From Octopus vulgaris (Eukaryota): 64,000 nucleotides of DNA. Positions within the stretch are counted from its first letter, which is position 1; every line of letters begins with the position of its first letter. This document shows, piece after piece, positions 52,746 through 64,000 of the stretch. Location of the stretch: assembly GCA_951406725.2 (NCBI GenBank), contig OX597816.1:53258001-53322000 (forward strand), in the 5' to 3' direction. A model generated the notes under the pieces. The model did no database searches and was not told where the DNA came from. It worked only from the letters and a program-made list of their open reading frames with translations. Both the position numbers and the translations under genes were made by a program.

Positions 52746-54071
52746 CTCTACAGTCTGAGTTCAACTTCCACCAAGGCCAGCTTTGCTTCTCATCCTTTCA
52801 GGTTCAATAAGACAAGTACCAGTTGAGCACTGGGGTCAATGTAATCAACCAGCCCCCCCCCCCACCTCTCCACAAATTATAGGCATTGTGCTTATAATAG
52901 AAAGGATAACTGTTAAATAGAATATGATGTGGGTGTTTGGCTCGTTATATACAAATATTGGCACCTAAAATAACACTTTAGTAAAAGTAATTGTTTTGTT
53001 CCTTCTGCTGCCCTCTATCAGATGAATGAAAACTAAGTGATGTATAAAATTAAGAAAATATTCCGATCTATCTAGATGTCCATAATTTATAAATAACATG
53101 AGCAGGTTACAGGCAGCATGCCATTTGGCAGTAATGAGGAAAATTTGCCTGAGAGGAACTGATTAAACTGATTTTTCTTTTTTCTTTCCGACTTTTCTGG
53201 ACAAGATTTTTCTTATTGATTCAGTTCATAGATTCTGTTTGTGTAGTTTTGATATCCATAACAATTTTCCTTCACGTTCACTTCAGTAAGACTGACTTAA
53301 ATATTCCCTACCAGCTAAGTAGCTTAGATCAAGCATGGAAAAAAATATTTTTCTACCAGCAGGCCTTATGAGATTTCGTTCATCATAAATCAGATTACTA
53401 AAAAAATAAGCTAACAAACATCATCTGCAAAACAGAATATATCAGGTAAACATTTACTCTGGACTACATAATATATCATACTAAGTACAGCATACACCTT
53501 TTAAGATATTAAATACAGAGTGCCTACATATTACATTAACTATGGCGAATAACATATGCTCTAGTAGTTATAGAGTGCAACATATATTCTACGAAATATA
53601 GAGTATGGGATGCATTAAGTACTGAGTACACCATACAGTACATCATATATTACATAAAGTGCAGAGAATATCATATAATGTTAAATACAGAGAACACCAT
53701 ATTCCACTAAGCAAATCTCAAGTAGTTGATCATAAGATTATCTGATTGAATAAGAAAGAAATGAAACTGATCAAATTAATAACATTTGATCCAAAGATTA
53801 TGCTGCGAAATTTCAGTGGATACGATGAAAGTGAACAGGATAAAAATAAATAGGATGAAAGGCAGAATCAACCTCGGTGGAATTTGAACACAGAACATAA
53901 AGACAGACAACATGCCATTATCAGTTTTACCTAGTGTGCTAACAATTCTGCCAGCTCGCTCCCTTATTATGTTTGTATAATAGCATAAGCAAACTGACAA
54001 AGTTGTTAGAGTATTAGAAAGAATGCATTCCTGGATTTGTTTTCATTCTATGTATCTTGTGTTCAAATTCT

Positions 54072-54300
54072 TATTTCTTTACTATCCACAGGGGGCTAAA
54101 CATAGAAGGGACAAACAAAGACAAAGGGATTAAGTAGATTACATCAACCCCTGTGTGTAACTGGTACTTAATTTATCAACCCCGAAAGGATAAAAGGTAA
54201 AGTCGACCTCAGCAGAATTTGAACTCAGAACGTAACAGCAGATGAAATACCGCTAAGCATTTCGCCCAGCGTGATAACGTTTCTGCCAGATCACTGCCTT
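54072..54300 (-). mobile_element. SINE family B
   Basis: 17-bp TSD TCTTGTGTTCAAATTCT at 54055-54071 and 54306-54322. Confidence 0.85.
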
Positions 54301-54969
54301 CAAATTCTTGTGTTCAAATTCTGCCAAGGAAAACACAATCCTTCATTCTTTCAGATTTGATCAAAAAAAGAGCACCAATTCAAGGTGCCTGATTAGCAGA
54401 ACTGTAAGAAGATCAGCCTGGATGCTTGATGATGTTTGTTTCAGATCTTTACATTCTGAGATACAATTCTACCACTGCATACACTTATTTAGCCACCTGG
54501 TTTAGCACTACCAACTGCCCCTGACAGGTGCCTTAGATAAAGTTCATACTGTTACAAGCAAACTCTGGTGTGAGTCTGAGGATATCTTCTTCCATCTCAG
54601 AGGCCCTATACAAAGGCTTGGGCATTGTATTCTTTCTTGACTTTAAGAAATAAAAAAAAGTAGGGGTTGAAGGCAAAAGGCCACCTACTGTCTGAGTATC
54701 ATAGGTTTTCTATGTGTGGTGCAGATTATGCCGGGATCTGCATTTCACGAACTTATTTTGAATTCTAAGCAACATACTCTTTTTTGAAGAATTTTCAGCA
54801 TTTCTAAAAAAAAATGTTCTCAAATGAACAGAAAGTAAGTGGTTCACAGACACCAGAATCCTCTTTACCATGCAGAAATAGTTTGGAATTAAGCCAAAAA
54901 CCTTTCTACTGCAACAAGGATAAGAATATCTAATATTGATGAGTAATATCTGATACATCTAATGTAAAA

Positions 54970-55084
54970 TCTGTGTGTGTATGTGCATGTATAATATATA
55001 TATACATACATACATACATACATCTAAAGATATATATATATATATATATATACACATGCATATATGTATATATGTGTGTGTGTG

Positions 55085-55130
<46 letters not shown>

Positions 55131-55152
55131 GTGTGTATATATATATATATAT

Positions 55153-55191
<39 letters not shown>

Positions 55192-55828
55192 CATACATAC
55201 ATACATATATTCATTTATATAAATATAAATATATATGCATACATATATATATGTATGTATATATATATGTAAGTATGAATTATGAATATAAGTATATATG
55301 TGTGTGTGTGTGTATGTCTGTGCGTATGATTGTGTGTGTGTATATATACATGCGTGTGTATGTGGGTGTGAGCATGTATGTATATATATATGTCTATATA
55401 CACACGTACACACACGCACACACACATATATAATGTGGAGATTATAACAATGTGTGTGTGTGTGAGTGTGTGTGTGTGGAATAGAATTCAGCTGAACAGA
55501 TGAAACCAGAAACATTTACAGCTGATGCCATGTTCTCAAGATGTTTGATAATGTAATCATAATATTGAAAGTATTGAAAACAAATTTACTCAAAGAGTTT
55601 CTTTTTCTTTTGTTGATGATAAGAAGAGAAATATATGTTGCTTTATTGTGGCTTTGTTGGATTATATAATTCCAATAATTTTAAGTAAAAATAACTTTGA
55701 TTCTTCTTCTTGATCAAAAATTTCAATTTCAGTGCCATGTGATATGTATATGTATGCATGTCTATGTATAGGAGAGAAAGAGTGAGAAAAGAGATTTTTA
55801 TCAATTGCTAGTATATATATATATATAT

Positions 55829-55884
<56 letters not shown>

Positions 55885-56200
55885 CACAGATATATACATA
55901 TATATATATGATGATGATGATGATATATTACACACACACGTACATATGTATACACAAATATATATATAGAGAGAGAGATGTATATACGTATACTTATATA
56001 TATACGTGTATATATATACGTGTGTGTATGTATATATAAAAACATATATAGACACACACTTATACTTACATACATACATATATATATGTATGTATGTATG
56101 TATTTATGTATGTATGTATGTATGTATGTATGTATATATAAACATATATAGACACACACATATACAGTATATACATGCATACATATATATATATATAAGA
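54970..56200. repeat. Compound (TA)/(CA)/(TG)/(TATG) microsatellite field
   Basis: Seen directly. Source of the poly-YI/CV/TH ORFs in the track. Confidence 0.95.
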
Positions 56201-56269
56201 GTGGACAAACGAAAGGAAAAGGCACTCAACACATTCAGTAGGAGTTACAAGTCAAATCAAACTGTTTTA

Positions 56270-56300
<31 letters not shown>

Positions 56301-57034
56301 TATTTATTTATGTCATATCATTGAGGCAATAACCTTATAATGTGCATTTCAAAGCTCCACAAAAGTCATCAGCTACCATATGCTCTCATACAGTAGGAAT
56401 ACTCCTTTTATAGTTCAACAAGATGGAATGAGCTTATGATAACGAGGTTGTGAGTTCGAACCCTGGACCGGACTGCATGTTGTGTTCTTTGGTTGGCCTG
56501 AGGATATAGTAGTAGACACTTGCCCAAGGTGCCACGCAGTGGGACTGAACCCAGAACCATGTGGTTGGTAAGCAAGCTACTTACCACACAGACACTCCTG
56601 TGCCTATAAATTGTCGACCTCGGCAGAATTTGAACTCAGAACGTAAAGACAGATGAAATACCGGTACTCATTTCACCCGGTGCGCTAACCAGTGATAGTA
56701 CAGAACTGGGCAAGGCATTAAGTCTATCAGACAAAGTCAGAAACAGTTCCATCAAGTTTCAATACAGTTTCCATCTATCTAATTTCATTCACAAGGCACT
56801 AGTCAACCTAAGGCCATAGCTAAAGACACTCAACATTAAAACCAAAGCGTTGTAGCTGCAAACCAAACTTCTTATCCACAGAGCCACAGCTAATGTAGGG
56901 GTCACTTCCAAGAATTTGGCTTACTATCAATATCAAATATAAAACTGTATTCTTTTCCCCTCACTCTAACCATTCCTTCACTCTAACAATTCTTATACTA
57001 TTCTTCCTTTCACTATTCTTCCTCTCACTCTTTT

Positions 57035-57634
57035 TATTTCTTTATTGCCCACAAGGGGCTAAACATAGAGGGGACAAACAAGGACAGACAAAGGGATTAA
57101 GTGAATTACATCAACCCCAGTGTGTAATTGGTACTTAATTTATCGACCCCGAAAGGATGAAAGGCAAAGTCAACCTCAGCGGAATTTGAACTCAGAACGT
57201 AACAGCAGATGAAATACCTATTTCTTTACTGCCCACAAGGGGCTAAACACAAAGAGGATAAACAAGGACAGACAAAGGGATTAAGTGAATTACATCAACC
57301 CCAGTGTGTAACTGGTACTTAATTTATCGACCCCGAAAAGATGAAAGGCAAAGTTGACCTCAGCGGAATTTGAACTCTGAACGTAACAGCAGATGAAATA
57401 CTTATTTCTTTACTACCCACAAGGGGCTAAACATAGAGAGGATAAACAAGGACAGACAAAGGGATTAAGTGAATTACATCAACCCCAGCATGTAACTGGT
57501 ACTTAATTTATCGACCCCTAAAGGATAAAAGGCAAAGTCGACCTTGGCGGAATTTGAACTCAGAACGTAACGGCAGACGAAATACCGCTAAGCATTTTGC
57601 CCGGTGTGCTAACGTTTCTGCCAGCTTGCCACCT
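57035..57634 (-). mobile_element. Head-to-tail trimer of SINE family B
   Basis: Three units with a period of about 183 bp, only one with the 5' head. Flanked by a 48-bp direct repeat. Confidence 0.9.
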
Positions 57635-58465
57635 TTCAATTCTAACAATTCTTATACTATTCTCCCTTTCACTATTCTTTCTCTCACTGTTTCTACTCCA
57701 CTCATTCTTTTACTTGATATTCTCTCTGTCTATCTGTCTCTCTCTCTCTCACTCTATCTCCACTCTTTCTTCCTCTCTCTCTTTTCCTCATTCTTTCTCT
57801 CACTCTCTCTAACATTTCTATTTCCAAGTTTCCTTCTCTCCTCTTCTCCCTCATCATTTTTCAAACACACTCTACCTTCCTTAGTGTCCCTAGATATAAG
57901 TGTGTGTATGTGTGTATGCATGTGTGTATCTGTGTGTGTGTGCGTGTGTGTGAGTGTGTGTGTGTCTGTGTGTGTGCATGCAATGTTCTTTAGTTCTTTA
58001 CCCTGGATGTCTTTTTTGTTTTTCGTCTTTCATTCTAAAGTCATAATGATGCCATGATATACTGTGCTGCCTTCACCTGAGGGACCTAACCTGACTCCTC
58101 TGATTAAATATTTCCACCTTCTCAACAAATGGCTGAATCAAACATGAAATGTAAAGCTAAACTGCAATTAATTACCATACATTCCACTGATCTCTTAATG
58201 TCTTATGGTCATTTAAGGCAATTAATCTAAGGGAGTCAATTCATTATCATCAATTTGTTAGCTAATGATAGAATAACCGTGGCTTCAACTGCATACACCA
58301 CACTCAGCCAGGATTTCAGCAACATTAACCTATGCAGACACATTCATCCAACATATTGAATAGATTAAAACAAAAATCAGAGATAAGAGGTTCAATATGG
58401 AGTGATAATGAAAACAAAAAATTAGGAGAAAAAAATGAGATGTAATGAAGAACTATGAGGGTATC

Positions 58466-58528
<63 letters not shown>

Positions 58529-61500
58529 TAGGCAGGCAGGCAGACAGACAGACAGACTAGAGATCTGAAGGTTGTAATTGTTGTTGCAGGTTAACCCCCC
58601 CAAGTCTGCACTGATGGAGCAGATGTGCAACATTCTACAAAATTGTTCCAGCCATGAACCTCCCATCTGTTTAGGATTATCTAGGACTGAAATCTACTAT
58701 ATTGTAATTTGAAAGGTTGTAATTTTAGTGAGATTTAGGAGCTACTTTTAGCTCCTAAATGACCATATTTGGTTCCGTCTCTCCTAGCTCAACCAATATT
58801 GTTTATACCCCTTATGATAAGTACCAAAGAACTAAGGTCAATACAATCAGCACTGATTGAACAAATGTACAGCTAAATAATTACAACAACAACAGCCGCA
58901 ACTGCCACCACCACCACCACCACCATCATCATTTAATGTCCGCTTTCCATTCTAGCAGGGGTTGGACGATTTGACTGAGTACTGGCGAACCAGATGGCTG
59001 CACCAGGCTCCAATCTGATCTGGCAGAGTTTCTACAGCTGGGTGCCTTATGATAAAATACATATCAAAGTACAAGGGTCAATATAATTGGCTGTAACCAT
59101 TGAAGTGGGTGGCCTAGCATAGCCAAAGTCCAAAGACGGAAACCAGAAAAAGAGAAAAATTAATTGAAAATGTTGCAAAGTCAATAATGCTGCAGCTATT
59201 TTGTTACAACACTGTGATATTTTAAAGTTCAGTTCTCCAGGGGGTTATCTCTGCCTTTCATCTTCTTGCTTCTATAAATTTAAAACCGCTCAAGAATTAG
59301 AGTTGATTTACTTGACTCTACACCTCCTTTAAAATATGTGACTTCATGTCAATATTAAAAATCATTATTAAAAGAATATGGCCATTGGTACTTTCTGGAG
59401 TGTATAAGTTTGATCTATGTTCAGTCAAATTGTTTCTAGTGAAATGGAATTAAGTGCAGTCAGCTAAAGAACTGTATATTGCGAAGCAAAGCAACATTAG
59501 AATGCCAATAATCACTTATATTTATTACTCTATAAAATAAAACTTTGGCACCAGTTTTACTGTTACTATGATATTTTCAATCTCTGATTTTGCTCTTCTC
59601 TTGAGATTCCTTGAGCTACAGGGTGATAGGAAATGTGGAACAGACCAGATGGTTTTTGATTCATGAAAATATTGAAACTGAAAGTAAAGAGAACAGGATT
59701 GCACAAGGTACTGTATTTTAGTAGCTACTGTAAAAAGAAGTCTTATTCATTCACTTCAGAAAGCCTCAGTCAGTCACGATTGAGAATGCATTTGCACAAT
59801 ATGTGCAGGCTTGGGCATGATTTTTTTTTAGGAAGATTGGTAGTTGCCTATGTATGCAAGTCTCCTCTCTCTCCACACCACAGATGTTTACCCAAGAAAA
59901 AGACAACGACATAGGCCAGTGCAGCTTGGTACCAGTGTTGTTGCAGACATGAATGATGAAATGCAAAGCACTAGAATGGATACTGCAAGGAATCTCTACC
60001 ATTTCTGCCAATCGACCACTCTTGATTGATAGATCTTTATTAATACTTGAAGTGAGATTCAGAAGGCATCTTGCTCAACCCTTTAACATTTCTGCCAATC
60101 CACTGCTCTGGATTGGTTCTGAAAAGCTAAAAGGCAAAGTTGACCTTGGTAGGGTTTGAACTCAGGGCTCAGAGACTCAGAACAAATACCATAAAACATT
60201 TTATCCAATGCTCAAACAAATCAGACAGTTTATCAATACGTTGTATTAATAATAAATCCAATACTTGAGAACACTTGAGATTACCTCATTAATATATCCA
60301 ATACCTAAGAATTCTTGCATACAATTAATATATCCAATACTTGAAAATAATACAACAGACTTCATTGATAAATACAACCCTGGGAAGCAATATATCCTCA
60401 TCACCATCATCTTCATCACCCATCATTTTTATATCTATTTCTCCATGTTGGTATGGGTAGGATGAGACTTCTTGAAGTAGTATTTGTCAAGTAGATGCTC
60501 TTAGAGATGTTAACCCTTGTTTTCAGTTCAGTTGTTTTATTCCATATTTTTGCATACCAAACCACTGCCAGACAGTTTGTCTATAAAACACACCAATAGC
60601 AGCACTATTGACAAATTCACACACATACACAAACATATTTATATGCAACAAACTTCCATACAGTCATAAGGTACTGGTCAACTCAAGGCTGTAGTAAAAA
60701 AAAATGATATATGTTAAAGTGCCCTGCAGTGGGATGGATCCCAAAACCACATGCCTGCAAAACAAACGTCTTAAACATTCAGCCACAAATATCAATTTAT
60801 CCAACACTTGGGAACAATGAGATCCTTACAAACTTTTCAGGATTATACTGTGTGCTGTAGGTCAGAGTCCACTGTTATATACTGCTAATATATACAGCTA
60901 GCAGTGAGCTGGCAGAATTGTTAGCACACTGGGTGAAATGCTTAGTGGTATTCCATCCATCTTTACGTTCTGGGTTCAAATTCTGCTGAGGCCAATTTTG
61001 TCTTTCATCCTTGCAGAGTCAATAAAATAAGTACCAGTTGAACACTGGAGTCAATGTAATTGACTTAACTACTCCTGGATATGAGTATAATAACTGTACC
61101 CCTCTACCAAGCCATATCGATCCAGTGTTACAGAGTAGGCCCATCAAACCAGTATGCTTTCAAGATCAAGCTCACAGCCTTCACATCAGGCCATAGTTGG
61201 GGAGAGAAAGTGTCGAGGACTTTGTCCTGCAGGAAACAGAACATGGGCAATCCAACCCAATCCAATATACTGATGTTGTATAGCACTGCACTATACCATA
61301 ACCTATACTTTTACAACGTTCATAATAAAATTCCATATAATTTACAACATTTCATTTTCTTCCTCAAGATGTTATTATTATTTACAGTGATGATGTGTTA
61401 AATCACTAACAGATTAAAATTATTACCCAAGAAAAGATGGTCACTCTGAACAAATTCTATACAGTTTCCATTCACCAATGCTATCAAGAAGAAACCTCAA

Positions 61501-62053
61501 GTTTCCTCCCAAAAAAATCTAATGTTTTTTTCATATAGTTTTAGGCACAGATATGGCTGCGGGGCTTCACACTGCATGGCCACTATAACTCCAGGCCAAC
61601 CAAAGCCTTGTGAGTGGATTTGGTAGATGAAAACTGAAAAAGGTCTGTCGTATATATATATATCATCATATCATCATCATTGTTTAATCTCCGCTTTCCA
61701 TGCTGGCATGGGTTGGATGATTTAACTGAGGACTGGCAAACCAGATGGCTGCACCAGGCTCCAATCTTGATCTGGCAGAGTTTCTACAGCTGGATGCCCT
61801 TCCTAACACCAACCGCTCTGAGAGTGTAGTGGGTGCTTTTACATGCCACCTGCACAAGGGCCAGTCAGGCGGTACTGGCAACGGCCAAGCTCAAATGGTG
61901 TTTTTTACATGCCACCTGCACAGGAGCCAGTCCACCAGCACAAGTGCTAGTAAGGCGACACTGGTAACAATCACACTTGAATGGTGCTTTTTATGTGCTG
62001 CTGGCATGGAAGCCAGTTAGCTGCTCTGGCAATGATCACACTCGGATGGTGCT

Positions 62054-62094
<41 letters not shown>

Positions 62095-62411
62095 CATACA
62101 TGTCTGTGTTTGTCTCACACCATTGCTTGGCAACCAGTGTTGATGTGTAGATGTCCCTGTAACTTAGCAGTTTAGCAAAAGAGGCCAATAGAATAAATAC
62201 CAGGCTTAAAAAAAGGAAAGAGGACTGTGGTTGATGCATTTGACTAAATTTCTGCAAGGTGATGCCCCAGCATGGCCATGGTCTGATGACTGAAATGAGT
62301 AAAAAATAAAAGATAATAAATAAAAAATAAAAGATAATAAATAGTTATAGAAAGAGATAAAGTGAAGAGAATGGGAAGAGAGAGAGAGAAAGACTCTTTC
62401 TCATAGATCTA

Positions 62412-62977
62412 TTGGGTTGTCCGGAAAGTTCATGCCGATTTATAGTAGCTTTCCTTTCGACTTATTTTAGAACATGGTTGAGTCCATAAAATAGGATTTG
62501 AGTACACCTCCATTTAGAGCACAGTTTAAGCTATTTTTTCATGGAAGAAGGTTTATGTTCCTATAACATGTGTTAATTCTGTAACCTTTTAAAATGGAAG
62601 ATAAGAAAGTTAATTTTCGATACTTGATGCTTTGGGAACCACACAAAAATTGTTGCAGCTCGGCTGGGATGTGTTACCCCATCCTCCATATTCACCAGAT
62701 ATTGCTCCCTCAGATTTCCACTTATTCAGGTCTCTGCAGAATAGTCTTAATGGTAAAAATTTCAGTTCCTTGGCTGATGTAAAAAGATACCTTGATGAAT
62801 TCTTTGCCATGAAACCACCTCAGTTCTGGGGAGAGGGTATTTTCAAGTTAAAGGAAAGACGGAGACGCACTGTGCAACAAAATGGTTCATATTTGGTTGA
62901 TTAAAAATGTAATGGCAAGTATTTATTAACTTTTTTCTTTCCTTTAAAAATCAGCACGAACTTTCTGGACAACCCAA
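62412..62977 (+). mobile_element. Internally deleted mariner transposon
   Basis: TA|TTGGGTTGTCCGGAAAGTTC ... GAACTTTCTGGACAACCCAA|TA. N-terminus MEDKKVNFRYLML is fused at about 62638 to the C-terminal LGWDVLPHPPYSPDIAPSDFHLF. Confidence 0.93.
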
Positions 62978-63354
62978 TATATCCACAAGGTGGCCAGTTA
63001 GTAGAGTCTTTAAAGCTTGGAAATATTGTTTTGTGGTCATCTTTCGAGTTCTCTTTGCTTTGAGTTCAAATCCTGTTGCAGTCAACTTGGCTTTGCATCC
63101 TTTCAGTTCAGATAAATAAGATACCAATCTTCTTGTACTACCTTCAATTCTTCTCTTTCTCTTTGTTTGTTTGATTGTTTGTCTGTTTTCTCTCATTCTC
63201 TCTCTCTCTCTATTTATTTCTCTCCATCCCTCTTTCTTACAGTTATCTACTATGGTCAGAACTACAGAGAGAAGGACTCCACCTAAGTCCAAAAATATCC
63301 CAAGACACTCTGTGTCAAAACAGCATCCTTACAATAATATTAAGGACTTGAAAG

Positions 63355-63565
63355 CCGGCAAGCTGGCAGAAACATTAGCCCACTGGGCGAAATGCTTAGC
63401 AGTATTTCATCTGTTTACGTTCTGAGTTCAAATTCCACTAAGGTCAACTTTGCCTTTCATCCTTTCGGGATTGATAAATTAAGTACCAGTTGTGTACTGG
63501 GGTCGATTTAATTGACTGGCCCCCTTCCCACAAAAATTTTGGGCCTTGTGCCTAGAGTAGAAAAG
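63355..63565 (+). mobile_element. SINE family B variant (alternative 3' end)
   Basis: Same head and central domain as 13571-13802, with 3' ...GGCCTTGTGCCTAGAGTAGAAA. Confidence 0.8.
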
Positions 63566-64000
63566 GATATCAAGGACTTGAGGGCCTGAAGTAAAACAAG
63601 GCATATATGTGTGTGTGTGTATATATATGTATGATGTATATGAACTTATGTGTGTGTGTGTTGTAATTATTGTTGTTATTCAGTTCCCAGGTAAAACTTG
63701 ATCAAGCAGAGGCATTCAAATTGGACCCATCCTATCTTTTAGATGTATGCTTAGCATTACATTATCTAATGTACCTTTCATTATTCAAGATATGAGGAGG
63801 ACTTGTTTGCTATTTCTAGCAGGTTGTGTGACCACATACAGGCCTCCTTGTTGACTCTGAAGTGCATCGTCTCTTTACATGTATATGTTTACACATTAGA
63901 GAATGAAACACAAGACCATTAGGGATGGTGTGTACTGATTAAAAAAAGGAGCTAAAGACACTAAGAGAAAAACGCTAACACAAACATCTATATATTTACT

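Noticed and set aside
54710-54958. Minus-strand ORF with splice-like sites
   Set aside because: Joining the putative exons gives an immediate stop, and no homology was recognised.

Overview
AT-rich, microsatellite-dense eukaryotic DNA made up almost entirely of interspersed repeats. The SINE families resemble, from memory, those of Octopus/coleoid cephalopods; no database search was possible. No intact, recognisable protein-coding gene is present. Nearly all ORFs in the track are read-throughs of SINEs or microsatellites. Coding relics are all transposon-derived: BovB-like RTE (6.2-6.6 kb), an internally deleted RTE (42.1-43.9 kb), CR1 (23.1-23.7 kb), HERO, three CRE-like and two R4/Dong-like fragments, and an internally deleted mariner. 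There are also Helitron/Helentron elements, several MITEs and three abundant SINE families. The most notable observations are: (i) a type I hammerhead ribozyme fold inside a perfect 62-bp palindrome at 18 kb, with further degenerate hammerhead motifs elsewhere; (ii) a TSD-flanked tRNA-headed SINE whose 3' half carries a hammerhead-like, possibly Penelope-derived, motif (35.9-36.2 kb); (iii) an RTE 3'UTR amplified into a higher-order tandem array (37.3-39.6 kb), with an inverted sister copy at 4.9-5.8 kb; (iv) two insertions flanked by 48-bp direct repeats; (v) a CpG-retaining stretch at 11.3-14.4 kb flanked by divergent splice signals, which may be a bidirectional promoter for two unidentified host genes.
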